Shown in pieces: positions 26,910 to 36,528 of a stretch of 64,000 nt of DNA. Every line of letters starts with the position of its first letter. Position 1 is the first letter of the stretch. The translations under genes and the position numbers were made by a program. The notes beneath the pieces are model-generated. The model searched no databases. It was not told where the DNA came from and was given only the letters and a program-made list of their open reading frames with translations. Source of the stretch: an uncultured Chloroflexia bacterium (lineage in GTDB: Bacteria > Chloroflexota > Limnocylindria > Limnocylindrales > CSP1-4); contig CAWFAH010000011.1 of NCBI GenBank assembly GCA_963813705.1, forward strand, positions 326,341-390,340, written 5' to 3'.

Positions 26910-27185
26910 ATGAAGGGCGACCGGGTGGAGGCGGTGGTCGACACCGGCCAGGGGACGCAGACGTTCGAGATCAGCGCCACGAAGGCGGGCCGGCGTCTCG
27001 AAGTCATCACGAGCCGCGGGGTCGTCGAGGTGCGCGAGGTCACCCGCACCGGCACGCCCGTCCGGACCGGACGGTTCATGACCTCCCGGCTGATCGCCCT
27101 GGTCGAGCACCCCGCGGGCGACGACCGCGGCCGGCTCGAGGTCTCGACCCGCCATCGGCTCCGGAACGCCGGCGCCGCCGACTGA
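26910..27185 (+). CDS. Hypothetical protein (91 aa)
   Basis: ATG at 26910 within ORF 26790..27185. Balanced composition (MKGDRVEAVVDTGQGTQTFEISATKAGRRLEVITSRGVVEVREVTR...). No recognisable motif. Confidence 0.4.
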   Translation: MKGDRVEAVVDTGQGTQTFEISATKAGRRLEVITSRGVVEVREVTRTGTPVRTGRFMTSRLIALVEHPAGDDRGRLEVSTRHRLRNAGAAD

Positions 27186-27233
27186 CCGGGCGACCCGCCC
27201 GGCCGGCTCGCCGGAACGCAGGGGAGCGCCGCC

Positions 27234-27680
27234 ATGGCGAGCACGCGCCGGTCGATGGCCTACCCGACCGACCACCTGCTGGCGGTCCTCGACGATCCGT
27301 CGGCCGGCGCCGCGGCCGGACGGTCGCTGATCGCCGCGGGCTTCGACCCCGCCGACGTCACGATCCTGCGCGGCGATGAGGGCGCCGACCGGCTCGACGG
27401 GCTGGGCGCCGTCGGCGGGCCGTGGCGCCGTCTCGTGCGTGCGATCCAGTTCATGACGATGGACCAGATGCCGGACTTCCTGACCTACGAGGCCGCCCTG
27501 CGCGACGGCCGGAGCGTGGTCGCCGTGCGAGCGCGGGACCGCCCGGCGATGCTCCGGGCGCGCGGCATCCTCGAGCCGGCTGGGGCGCACTTCATGAACT
27601 TCTTCGGCCGGTTCTCAACCGAGGAGCTGTCCCGCTGGCGCGGCCCGGAGCTCGACGTCCCGGACTACCTGCGCCGCTGA
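27234..27680 (+). CDS. Hypothetical conserved-looking protein (148 aa)
   Basis: Non-repetitive, balanced sequence (YPTDHLLAVLDDPSAGAAAGRSLIAAGFDPADVTILRGDEGADRL...FLTYEAALRDGRSVVAVRA). No family recognised. Confidence 0.55.
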   Translation: MASTRRSMAYPTDHLLAVLDDPSAGAAAGRSLIAAGFDPADVTILRGDEGADRLDGLGAVGGPWRRLVRAIQFMTMDQMPDFLTYEAALRDGRSVVAVRARDRPAMLRARGILEPAGAHFMNFFGRFSTEELSRWRGPELDVPDYLRR

Positions 27681-27700
27681 TCCCCGTCCGCGCCCGGCGC

Positions 27701-28117
27701 TCAACCCGGGCCGGGGCGCGCCTCGCTGAGCTCGATCAGATGGCCGTCCGGGTCGCGCAGGAAGCAGCGGATCTCCCACGCCGACTCGCTCGGCGGCGCG
27801 AGGAACCGCGCGCCGCGCCGAGTCAGCTCGGCATGGGCCGCACGGCAGTCGGGCACGCGAATGGTCAGCTCGTGGCTCACCCGGTCGGGATGCGCGGGCG
27901 GCGCGAACGTCACCGTCGGCTTGTCCGGTGTCGGGCCGCCCGGGGTGACGAGCAGGAGCCACGACCCGAGGAAGCGGAGGACGCACGACGTCCCGCCGTA
28001 CTCCCGGTGGACGGTGGCTCCGAGCACGTCCCGGTAGAACGCGCGCGACCGTTCGATGTCCGCCACGACGAGCAGGTGGGTGAGCTCCATCCCCTCGTCG
28101 GGGAACGCCGCGCTCAT
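27701..28117 (-). CDS. VOC/glyoxalase-bleomycin resistance family protein
   Basis: LTHLLVVADIERSRAFYRDVLGATV...FLRDPDGHLIELSE, a typical VOC beta-alpha-beta-beta-beta module. Confidence 0.8.
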   Translation of the reverse strand: MSAAFPDEGMELTHLLVVADIERSRAFYRDVLGATVHREYGGTSCVLRFLGSWLLLVTPGGPTPDKPTVTFAPPAHPDRVSHELTIRVPDCRAAHAELTRRGARFLAPPSESAWEIRCFLRDPDGHLIELSEARPGPG

Positions 28118-28581
28118 CCCCCGTCACCCGACTCGCGCGCCGCGAGGCGGGCCAGGGTCTCACGGAGGTCGGACGCGAAGCGCCGGCGCCCGGTCAGCTG
28201 GACGACGACGCCGACGAGCCGGCCCTGCGGACTCGCCGCGATCCGCTGGAAGTCGACGACCACGTGGCAGCCGCCACCCGGGTTCGCGGTGACGCGATAG
28301 TCGATCACGGTGCCCGGACGGAAGCTGGCCGCTTCGATCAGCGTCAGCGTGACCCGGCCGGGCTCGGACCAGTCGTACCGCTCGCGGGCCCAGACGCAGC
28401 CTCCGGCGACGAGCGTCCCCTCCTGGACGTCGGCCGAAGTCTGGCCGACTTCGTGGACCACGTAGCACCCGGGAGACAGGTTCGGCCACAGCGTGGGCCG
28501 GCGGTCGGAGAAGTCGGTCAGGGCGGCGATGAACCGCTCGGGCGACACGGCTCCGCTGGCCTCGTAGTGGATCTTCGCCAT
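28114..28581 (-). CDS. SRPBCC (START/polyketide cyclase-like) family protein
   Basis: ATG at 28581 preceded by GGGAGG. MAKIHYEASGAVSPERFIAALTDFSDRRPTLWPNLSPGCYVVHEVGQTSADVQEG... The longer ORF 28114..29163 upstream part is low-complexity. Confidence 0.7.
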   Translation of the reverse strand: MAKIHYEASGAVSPERFIAALTDFSDRRPTLWPNLSPGCYVVHEVGQTSADVQEGTLVAGGCVWARERYDWSEPGRVTLTLIEAASFRPGTVIDYRVTANPGGGCHVVVDFQRIAASPQGRLVGVVVQLTGRRRFASDLRETLARLAARESGDGG

Positions 28582-28798
28582 GGCGGCCTCCCTGGGCGGA
28601 TCGTCCGCACAGGGTACGGCGCACGGCGGCCCTCGGGGTCGCGGCCCTGTCGGGGCGACGACCCCGGGCTCGCGTGGACCATGCGCCGCGGCGCGGCGGA
28701 CCGAACGCCGGTCGCGGCCTAGACTGAACCCGGCGAGCGACGACGGGCTATCCATCCCTGCCGACGTCTCGGTCGCGCAGGCACGCACGGGAGGTGGC

Positions 28799-31700
28799 TT
28801 GGTCCGGTCGGTCGGTTTGTGGCGCGCCGTGGTCCACCGCAGCCGCGCCGATTGGCCGGTCGTGACGGCCGCGTTCGTCCTCCTCGTCTGCGCCGTCGGG
28901 TTGCTCACGACCGGCGCGCTGTACGGCGAGACGGTCGCGCTCGGCGGCCTGCGCCAGGCGGTCCTCGCCGCCCCGCCGGCCGACCGCGCCATCGTCGTTC
29001 GGACGTCGGCGGCGCCGGCGGAGGTCGCGGCGCTCGACCAGACCGTGTTCGACCAGCTGGGTGGCTCGCTGTCGACGGTCGGCGGCGAGGTCGACCTGGT
29101 CGTCGCCACCGACTCGCTCGCCCCGGCCGGCATGGACACCACCACGGCGCGCGGGCATCTCACCAGGCTGGCCAGCTACGCCCAGCTCGACCGGCATGCC
29201 GACCTCGTCGCGGGGCGGTGGGCCGAGCCGGGACACGAGCCGCTCGAGGCGACCCTGTCCGATGGGGCCGCCGCGGCGCTGGGCCTGGGGATCGGAGACG
29301 AGGTCAAGCTGGCGCGCGGTCTCGATCCGAGCCAGGTCGTCACGGTCGCCGTGGTCGGAGTGTGGCGACCTCGTCCCGACGACGGCTACTTCCTCGCGAG
29401 CCCGCTCGAGCTGCACGGCGTCGACGACGCGGGCGGCGTGACGACCCGCGGACCGTTCGTGCTGACGGCCGACGACCTGATCTCGCATCCGGTGGCCACG
29501 CGCCTCGATCTCGAATGGCGCGGCCTGCCGTCGACCGACGGCTTGCTCGTCGACCGGATCGGTCCGCTCGAGGATGCGGTGACGGCGCTCCAGCCGGCGC
29601 TCCGGGCGGCGTTGCCACCGCCGCGCGCGCTGACGATCGCGACGAAGCTCCCGGCCATCCTGGCCGACGCCAGGCGGTCGATCCTCGTCAGCCAGAGCGG
29701 GATCACCCTGCTGACGATCCAGTTCGCGGTCCTCGCCGGCTACGCCGTCCTGCTCGTCGGCGGACTCCTCGTCGAGCGGCGTCGATCCGAGACGGCCCTG
29801 CTGCGCTCGCGCGGGGCGAGCTCGGTCCACCTGGTCACGCTCGGGTTCGGGGAGGCCGTGATCCTCGCGATCCCGGCGGTGATCGTCGCGCCGCTCGTCG
29901 CGATTGCCGTCGTCCGGCTGCTGGGGATCGTCGGCCCGCTGGCCGGCAGTGGGGTCGCCTCGAGCGCCGGGCTCGATCCCGGAATCGTCGGCGTGGCAGC
30001 CCTCGGCGGGCTGATCGGGATCGCGGTGCTGACCCTTCCGTCCGTCGTCAGCGAGAGCAGCCCGCGCGGGATCCGGGCGGCGCTCGGCCGCCAGGTCGGG
30101 CGGACGATGGCCCAGCGCCTCGGGATCGACCTGGTCCTGGTGGTCCTCGCGGTCGTCGCCCTGTGGCAGCTGCGGCTGTACGGTGCCCCGCTCACCCGGA
30201 ACGCGCGTGGCGTCCTGGGCATCGACCCACTCCTCGTCGCGGCGCCGGCCATCGGCCTGCTCGCCGGCGCGGTCCTGGCGACGCGACTGATCCCGCGGAT
30301 CGCCGAGATCGGCGAGCGGATCCTCGGCCGGGGGCGTGGGATCGTGCCATCGCTGAGCGCCCGCCAGGTCGCCCGCCGTCCGCTGCGCTACACGCGGTCG
30401 GCGCTCCTCATCGTGCTCGCCACCGCCCTCGGGACCTTCGCCGCGGCGAGTGCCGCGACCTGGGCGCGCTCCCAGGTCGACCAGGCCGCGTACCGGGCGG
30501 CCGGCGACATCCGGGCCGTCCTGTCCGGCTATCCCACCATCCCCGAGTGGGGATCCGGGTCCGCCCTTCGCTCGATCCGCGGGGTCAGCGCGGCGACCCC
30601 GGTCACGACCCAATCGCTGGACATCGGGCGGACCGTCCGGGACGGTCGCCTCCTGGCCGTCGATCCTTCGGCGGTCCGCTCGATGGTCCGGTTCCCGGCC
30701 GAGGCCACCCCGACCTCCGGCCTCCTCGACCAGCTGGCGGCGGGGCGCCCCCAGGGAGCCGGGATCCCGATCGACGGCCGCCCGCGCCGGCTGGCGCTGA
30801 CGCTCGATGCCAACCTCACGATCGACAACTCCTCGGCGGGCGACGAGCCGGTCCCGCCCGACTGGCAGGCGATCGCGACCGCGATCGAGATCCAGGATGG
30901 CGATGGGCGGCTCCATCGCATCGAGGCCGGGACGCTCGGCGTCGAGGCGACGAATGGCCGGATCGAGCTGCCCGTCTCGACGGCGGTCGCGGGGCTCCCG
31001 ATCAGCGCCACCTACCCGCTGCGCCTGCTGTCGATCGAGCTGGCGATCGCGCCGCCACCGAACATGGTGATGACCGGGTCGGTGGAGCTCGTCGGGCTGT
31101 CGGCCAGTCCGTCGGCCGCGGGTGCGGACTGGCAGCCCGTCGCCTTCGTTCCCGGGGCCGCCGGCTGGACATGGACCCGCCAGGAGTCGCAACGCACGAC
31201 GCCCTACCGACCGCCCACGGGTTCGCCCGGTCGCATCGAGATCGGCCAGGGCGACGAGAGCTCGCCGGCGCTGTTCGGCGGGTTCGATCTGCCTGGAGCC
31301 ACGTTCCACCTGACGGCGCCCACCGTTGGCGACGGCGTGGTGGATGCGATCGCCGGAGATCGCCTGCTCGCGCTGACAGGGGCCGCGGTGGGCGACACGA
31401 TTGCCCTCTCCGCGGGCGCCCAGGCGCTGACCGTCCGGATCATCGGCAGCACGCCCAGCTTCCCGCCGCTGGACCCGGACACCCCGTTCGTCGTCGTCGA
31501 CGGGGCGACGGTCGATCTCGCTGCGTTCGCCGCGAGCGGCTTCTCGGTTCCCACCACCGAATGGTGGCTGTCGGCCGACGACGCGAGCGCACCCACCGTG
31601 GCCGCGACCCTGGCCGGCCCGCCGTATGGGGTGGCCCAGGTCGTCCGCCGGACCGCGCTGGTCGCGGCGCTGGCCGACGATCCGATCTGGCTCGGGGTGG

Positions 31701-32119
31701 TCGGCGCCCTCGGGCTCGGTGCGATCGCGGCGGTCGCCTTCGCCGCCATCGGCTTCCTCGTCGGGACCACCGTCTCCACGACCGAGCGGGTCCCCGAGCT
31801 GGCGCTGCTCCGGGCCCTCGGCCTGTCGGGCCGCCAGATGTCGTCCTGGCTCAGCCTCGAGCAGGTGTTCCTGCTCGTCGTCGGACTGGTCGGTGGCGCG
31901 CTGCTCGGCCTGCTCCTCGCCTGGCTCGTCCTGCCCTACTCCACCCTTGACCCGACCGGCGCCGCCGTGGTCCCGACGCCGGTCATCGTGGTCCCCTGGG
32001 CGGCGATCCTCCCGATCTACCTGGTCAGTGGCCTGGTCATGCTGGCAGCCGCCGCGGTCCTCGCCAGGCAGGTCCCGGAGCGCCGCGTGAGCGCCGTCCT
32101 TCGGGCCGGGGAGCGGTGA
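28799..32119 (+). CDS. Very large FtsX/MacB-type ABC permease (two FtsX domains, ~1100 aa)
   Basis: GGGAGG upstream of TTG 28799 / GTG 28802. N-terminal TM VVTAAFVLLVCAVGLLTTGAL. Two FtsX-loop signatures (RSETALLRSRGASSVHL and VPELALLRALGLSGRQM), each followed by TM clusters. Large extracytoplasmic inserts. Confidence 0.8.
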   Translation: MVRSVGLWRAVVHRSRADWPVVTAAFVLLVCAVGLLTTGALYGETVALGGLRQAVLAAPPADRAIVVRTSAAPAEVAALDQTVFDQLGGSLSTVGGEVDLVVATDSLAPAGMDTTTARGHLTRLASYAQLDRHADLVAGRWAEPGHEPLEATLSDGAAAALGLGIGDEVKLARGLDPSQVVTVAVVGVWRPRPDDGYFLASPLELHGVDDAGGVTTRGPFVLTADDLISHPVATRLDLEWRGLPSTDGLLVDRIGPLEDAVTALQPALRAALPPPRALTIATKLPAILADARRSILVSQSGITLLTIQFAVLAGYAVLLVGGLLVERRRSETALLRSRGASSVHLVTLGFGEAVILAIPAVIVAPLVAIAVVRLLGIVGPLAGSGVASSAGLDPGIVGVAALGGLIGIAVLTLPSVVSESSPRGIRAALGRQVGRTMAQRLGIDLVLVVLAVVALWQLRLYGAPLTRNARGVLGIDPLLVAAPAIGLLAGAVLATRLIPRIAEIGERILGRGRGIVPSLSARQVARRPLRYTRSALLIVLATALGTFAAASAATWARSQVDQAAYRAAGDIRAVLSGYPTIPEWGSGSALRSIRGVSAATPVTTQSLDIGRTVRDGRLLAVDPSAVRSMVRFPAEATPTSGLLDQLAAGRPQGAGIPIDGRPRRLALTLDANLTIDNSSAGDEPVPPDWQAIATAIEIQDGDGRLHRIEAGTLGVEATNGRIELPVSTAVAGLPISATYPLRLLSIELAIAPPPNMVMTGSVELVGLSASPSAAGADWQPVAFVPGAAGWTWTRQESQRTTPYRPPTGSPGRIEIGQGDESSPALFGGFDLPGATFHLTAPTVGDGVVDAIAGDRLLALTGAAVGDTIALSAGAQALTVRIIGSTPSFPPLDPDTPFVVVDGATVDLAAFAASGFSVPTTEWWLSADDASAPTVAATLAGPPYGVAQVVRRTALVAALADDPIWLGVVGALGLGAIAAVAFAAIGFLVGTTVSTTERVPELALLRALGLSGRQMSSWLSLEQVFLLVVGLVGGALLGLLLAWLVLPYSTLDPTGAAVVPTPVIVVPWAAILPIYLVSGLVMLAAAAVLARQVPERRVSAVLRAGER

Positions 32120-32120
32120 C

Positions 32121-34871
32121 GTGGCCTGGCTGACGATGGCCCTCCGACGCCTTCGCGACGACCGTGTCGCGGCGGCTGGGCTGGTCGTCCTCGTCGCGGT
32201 CACCGGCTTCGTCTTCGCGGTGGCTCCGCGGCTCTTCGTGCGCGAGGCGGACCGGGCCCTGCGCGACGAGGTCGCGGCGACGCCGGCGTCGGTCCGCAAC
32301 CTGCAGCTCATCCAGGAGCGGCGGATCGGCCAGGCCAGCGGCGATCCGCTCCGGGGAGTCGACCAGGCGGGTGCCGACCTCGAATCGCAGATCCCGCCGG
32401 CCGTCCGCGCCCTGATCGTCGACCGGACGTACACGGCCGACACGCCGCGCTGGCGGACCACCGGGAGCACGACCGCGAGCCTGGTCACGATGCGCGTCCA
32501 GCAGGGGATCGACGATCGGATCGTCTATCGCTCCGGAAGCGCACCGACCGGCCGGCTGGACCCGGTCCCGCTCGAGCCGGGGACGACCTCGAAGAACGCC
32601 ACGATCGCCTACGAGGTCGCGCTGTCGACCGCGACCGCCGATGCCATGGGGGTCAAGCCGGGGGACTTCGTTCCGCTCGTGCTCGATGCGACCGATCCCC
32701 TTGCCCGCGGCCGAAGCGACCGCGCGGCGGTGAAGGTCGTCGGGATCTTCGACGTCCAGGACCCGACCGCCCCGTACTGGTCCGACGACACGTCGGTCCA
32801 GCAGCCGGGCAGCGTCGAGCTCTCGGCGAACTACGTCCTGGTCAATGCGATCGCCCTGCTGTCGCCCGATGCGTATCCCGAGCTGATGTCGGCCACCGAT
32901 GCCAGCGCGCTGCCGCTGCGCTACTCGTGGCGCTACTACGTCGATCCGGATCGACTCGCCTCCGGCGGCGTGGATGCGGTCCAGGTCGGGCTGCGCCGGC
33001 TCGAGAGCGTGTTCCCGACATCGGCGGTCGTCGTCGGCGCGGCGAAGGGAACCATCCTGCGCAACGGGCTCCTCCGGTTCATCCAGGGGCAGCAGGCCCG
33101 CTGGCAGTCCGCCGAGGCGGTCCTGACCACGGTCGCGATCGGACCGGCGATCGTGGCTGGGGCGGCACTCGGTCTCATCGTCCTGCTCGGGTCCAGCCGC
33201 CGGAGGGCCGGTCTCGGCCTCGCCCGATCGCGCGGCGCGTCGCCCGGCCAGGTCATCGGCGCGACGGTGCTGGAGGGGCTCACCCTCACGATCCCGGCGG
33301 CCCTGGTGGCGATCTCCCTGGCGCTGCTCGCCGTGCCCGGCGGCGTGGACCCGGCCACGCTGGCGATCCCGCTCGTCGTCGCGGTCGTGGCGAGCGCCCT
33401 GCTCGCGGCCGCGATTGTCCCGACCGCGACCGGCGCGCCGGCCGACACGGGCCGCCGAGCGGGTGAAGGTGGACGGGGCTCCCCCCGTCGGCTCGTGTTC
33501 GAGCTCCTCGTGATCGGCCTGGCGATCGGCGGGGCGGTGCTCCTCCGCGATCGCGGCATCCGGGGCGCGAGCAGCGCCACCCAGCTCGTCGGCGCGGACC
33601 CGTTCATCGCGGCCGTCCCGGCCCTCGCCGGGTTGGCGGCTGGCCTCGTCGCGCTCCGCCTGTTCCGGATCCCGGTCGCCGGCCTGGCCGCGATCGCTGC
33701 GCTCCGGCGCGACCTCGTGCCCGTCCTGGCGATGCGCCGGACGACGCGGAGCGGGAGTGCCGCTCCGATCCTCCTCGTGCTCATGGCGACGGCATCGGTC
33801 GGCGCATTCTCGCTGGCCACGCTGGCCTTCTTCGATCGGGCGGGTGACGCGGTCGGCTGGCAGGAGGTCGGCGCCCCCTTCCGCATCGTGGAGGGCTCCA
33901 GCCAGCTCTCCGGGGACTTCGATCCGAGCGCGCTGCCCGGGGTCTCGGCGGTGGCCCGAGCGGGAGCGACCACGATCAACGGCGGCCCCCAGAACGGGGT
34001 CGAGCTGATGGCCCTGGACGTCGCCGACTACCGATCGGTCGTTCAGGGGACCCCGGGCGACCTCGCGATCCCCGGGCAGATGCTCGCGCCGGCCGACCCG
34101 GCCGCGCCCGTCCCGGCGATCGTCTCGACGACCGGCGTCATCGACGGGATCCGTCCCGGCGACGCCTTCAGCCTGATCGTCGAGGGCGAGCCGACGAAGC
34201 TCGTGGCCGTCGCCGTCCGCGAGTCCGGCCCGACACTGCCGATCGGTGGTCCCTTCGTCGTCGTCGATCGCGCCCAGCTCGCGGCCGCGCAGCCGCGGGC
34301 CGCCATCCGCACGTCGACCATCTTCCTGCGCGCCCCCGACGACGGCGCCGCTGCCCTCCGGTCCGCGTTGGCCGTCGCCGAACCGGGCGTGACGGCCGAG
34401 TCGCGAGCCGAGCGGACGGCCGCGATCAACGGCACGCCGGTCGTCGCCGCCGTGACGGTCGGCGTCGAGGCGGCGTTCGCGGTCGCCATCGCCTATGCCG
34501 CGCTCGCACTGCTGGCCGCGCTCGCGCTGACCGGAGCGGCCCGGGCATCGGAGTCGGCCCACCTCCGCACGCTCGGCCTGGGCAGTCGCCAGGCGATCGG
34601 CCTGACGATCGTGGAGCACGGCCCCACGGTCGTCCTCGCGATCCTCCTCGGGATCGCCTTCGGGCTGGCGACCTTCCTGGCACTCCAGCCCGGCCTGGGA
34701 CTTGGCGCCATCGTGGGTTCGGCGCTGGCGATCCCGCTCGACCTGTCGGCGACGCGGTTCGGACCGCTCGTCGTGGCGATCGTGGCGATCGTCAGCCTGG
34801 CAATGGCCCTCGGAATCGTCGTCCGACGCGAGCCGGCCTCGATCGCGGCCCTGAGACGAGGCGTGGAATGA
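32121..34871 (+). CDS. Second large FtsX/MacB-type ABC permease (two FtsX domains, 916 aa)
   Basis: GTG start 1 nt after the upstream stop. Signatures GLGLARSRGASPGQV and ESAHLRTLGLGSRQA, each with flanking TM clusters. Confidence 0.8.
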   Translation: MAWLTMALRRLRDDRVAAAGLVVLVAVTGFVFAVAPRLFVREADRALRDEVAATPASVRNLQLIQERRIGQASGDPLRGVDQAGADLESQIPPAVRALIVDRTYTADTPRWRTTGSTTASLVTMRVQQGIDDRIVYRSGSAPTGRLDPVPLEPGTTSKNATIAYEVALSTATADAMGVKPGDFVPLVLDATDPLARGRSDRAAVKVVGIFDVQDPTAPYWSDDTSVQQPGSVELSANYVLVNAIALLSPDAYPELMSATDASALPLRYSWRYYVDPDRLASGGVDAVQVGLRRLESVFPTSAVVVGAAKGTILRNGLLRFIQGQQARWQSAEAVLTTVAIGPAIVAGAALGLIVLLGSSRRRAGLGLARSRGASPGQVIGATVLEGLTLTIPAALVAISLALLAVPGGVDPATLAIPLVVAVVASALLAAAIVPTATGAPADTGRRAGEGGRGSPRRLVFELLVIGLAIGGAVLLRDRGIRGASSATQLVGADPFIAAVPALAGLAAGLVALRLFRIPVAGLAAIAALRRDLVPVLAMRRTTRSGSAAPILLVLMATASVGAFSLATLAFFDRAGDAVGWQEVGAPFRIVEGSSQLSGDFDPSALPGVSAVARAGATTINGGPQNGVELMALDVADYRSVVQGTPGDLAIPGQMLAPADPAAPVPAIVSTTGVIDGIRPGDAFSLIVEGEPTKLVAVAVRESGPTLPIGGPFVVVDRAQLAAAQPRAAIRTSTIFLRAPDDGAAALRSALAVAEPGVTAESRAERTAAINGTPVVAAVTVGVEAAFAVAIAYAALALLAALALTGAARASESAHLRTLGLGSRQAIGLTIVEHGPTVVLAILLGIAFGLATFLALQPGLGLGAIVGSALAIPLDLSATRFGPLVVAIVAIVSLAMALGIVVRREPASIAALRRGVE

Positions 34872-35767
34872 CCCGAGCGCGGTACGGCGAGGGCGCCCAG
34901 ATCGTGTGCGACAACCTGGTCCGGATCTTCAAGGTCGCGGATCTCGAGGTCGTGGCGCTGCAGGGCCTCGACCTGCTCGTGGAGAAGGGCGAGATGATGG
35001 CCCTCGTCGGGGCGTCGGGCAGCGGCAAGTCGACGCTGCTCAACATCCTCGGCGGCCTCGACGCCCCATCGGCCGGTCGCGCGGTCGTTGCCACGCACGA
35101 CCTCGCCCAGATGGGTCGCCGCGAGCGGACCGCATACCGGCGGCGGGTGGTCGGGATGGTCTGGCAGCAGACGTCGCGGAACCTGCTCCCCTATCTGAGC
35201 GCCCTCGAGAACGTGGAGCTGCCGATGGTCCTCGACGGCCGGGCCGCACGCGGCACGCGGGCGCGCGAGCTGCTCGATCTGGTCGGTCTCGGCGACCGGC
35301 TGGGCCACCGGCCCGAGCGGCTGTCGGGCGGCGAGCAGCAGCGGGTGGCGATCGCGGTCGCGCTGGCGAACGAGCCCGCGGTCATCCTCGCCGACGAGCC
35401 GACGGGCGAGCTCGACAGCGCGACCTCGGCCGACGTGTTCGGGCTGCTCCGGCGGGTGAACGCGGCGTTCGGCACGACGATCGTCGTCGTCACCCACGAC
35501 CCGCTGGTCTCCGAGCAGGTCGCCCGGACGGTCCGTATCCGCGACGGTCGGACGAGCACCGAGACGCGCCGGCGCACGGAACGCGGCGACGACGGCGACC
35601 ATCGGGTCATCGCCGAGGAGTTCGCCCTGCTCGACCGGGTCGGGCGCCTCCAGCTGCCGCGGGCCCACATCGAGAAGCTCGAGCTCGCGGAGCGCGTCCG
35701 GCTCCGGCTCGAGGAGGACCATGTCGGCGTCTGGCCCGATCGGGACGACGACGAGGCGAAGCCATGA
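34868..35767 (+). CDS. ABC transporter ATP-binding protein (MacB/LolD-type) with ~70-aa C-terminal extension
   Basis: Walker A GASGSGKST, signature LSGGEQQR, Walker B ILADEP, H-loop VVVTHD. C-terminal extension DHRVIAEEFALLDRVGRLQLPRAHIEKLELAERVRLRLEEDHVGVWP. 4-nt overlap with the upstream gene. Confidence 0.9.
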   Translation: MTRARYGEGAQIVCDNLVRIFKVADLEVVALQGLDLLVEKGEMMALVGASGSGKSTLLNILGGLDAPSAGRAVVATHDLAQMGRRERTAYRRRVVGMVWQQTSRNLLPYLSALENVELPMVLDGRAARGTRARELLDLVGLGDRLGHRPERLSGGEQQRVAIAVALANEPAVILADEPTGELDSATSADVFGLLRRVNAAFGTTIVVVTHDPLVSEQVARTVRIRDGRTSTETRRRTERGDDGDHRVIAEEFALLDRVGRLQLPRAHIEKLELAERVRLRLEEDHVGVWPDRDDDEAKP

Positions 35768-36471
35768 CCGCCGCCATCCTGCCCCCGAGCGGGCCGATGG
35801 TCGAGGCCGTCGGGGTCGACCGCGACTTCGGATCGGGCGACGCCGTCGTCCATGCCCTGCGCGGGATCGATCTCGCGGTCGGCCGCGGCGAGCTGATCGC
35901 AGTCCGCGGCCGGTCGGGCAGCGGCAAGACCACGCTGCTCAACGTCCTCGGCGGGCTCGATCGTCCGACGGCCGGCCGGGTGACGATCGACGGGGTCGAG
36001 GTGTCGGCGATGGACGAGGCCGAGCTCGTTGACCTGCGTCGCCGGACCGTGGCCTACATCTTCCAGGCGTTCGGCCTGATCCCGATCCTGAGCGCCGCCG
36101 AGAACGTCGAGGTCCCGCTCCGCCTGGTCGCTGCCGAGCCGCGCGAGCGCGACCGGCGGGTGTACGACCTGCTCGAGCTCGTCGGGCTGGCCGAGCGGGC
36201 GCGCCACCGGCCGCACGAGCTGTCGGGCGGCGAGCAGCAGCGGGTCGCGATCGCCCGGGCGCTCGCGAACCGCCCAATGCTGCTGCTCGCCGACGAGCCG
36301 ACCGGGCAGCTCGACTCGGAGACCGGCCACACCATCATGACCCTGATCCGGACGGTGGTCCGGACGGAATCGGTCACCGCCGTGGTTGCGACCCACGACC
36401 CGGCGATGCTCGATGTCGCCGACCGGGTCGTCGAGCTGCGCGACGGTCGCCTTGCCGAGCCCCACGGCTGA
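35764..36471 (+). CDS. Second ABC transporter ATP-binding protein (MacB/LolD-type)
   Basis: ATG at 35764 overlaps the upstream stop (ATGA). Walker A GRSGSGKTT, LSGGEQQR, LLADEP, VVATHD. Confidence 0.9.
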   Translation: MTAAILPPSGPMVEAVGVDRDFGSGDAVVHALRGIDLAVGRGELIAVRGRSGSGKTTLLNVLGGLDRPTAGRVTIDGVEVSAMDEAELVDLRRRTVAYIFQAFGLIPILSAAENVEVPLRLVAAEPRERDRRVYDLLELVGLAERARHRPHELSGGEQQRVAIARALANRPMLLLADEPTGQLDSETGHTIMTLIRTVVRTESVTAVVATHDPAMLDVADRVVELRDGRLAEPHG

Positions 36472-36528
36472 CGGCAGGCCGGGTCGTCGTCGGGCCGGGA
36501 CGCCCGGCGCGCGCGCTAGAGTTGGCTC

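Noticed and set aside
28748-32488. 1246-aa minus-strand ORF, the longest in the track
   Set aside because: It is antisense to the two FtsX-type permease genes. Its translation is Arg/Gly/Asp/Pro-rich with no motifs. This is a typical shadow ORF of high-GC DNA, and the plus-strand genes have TM clusters, FtsX loops and coupled starts.
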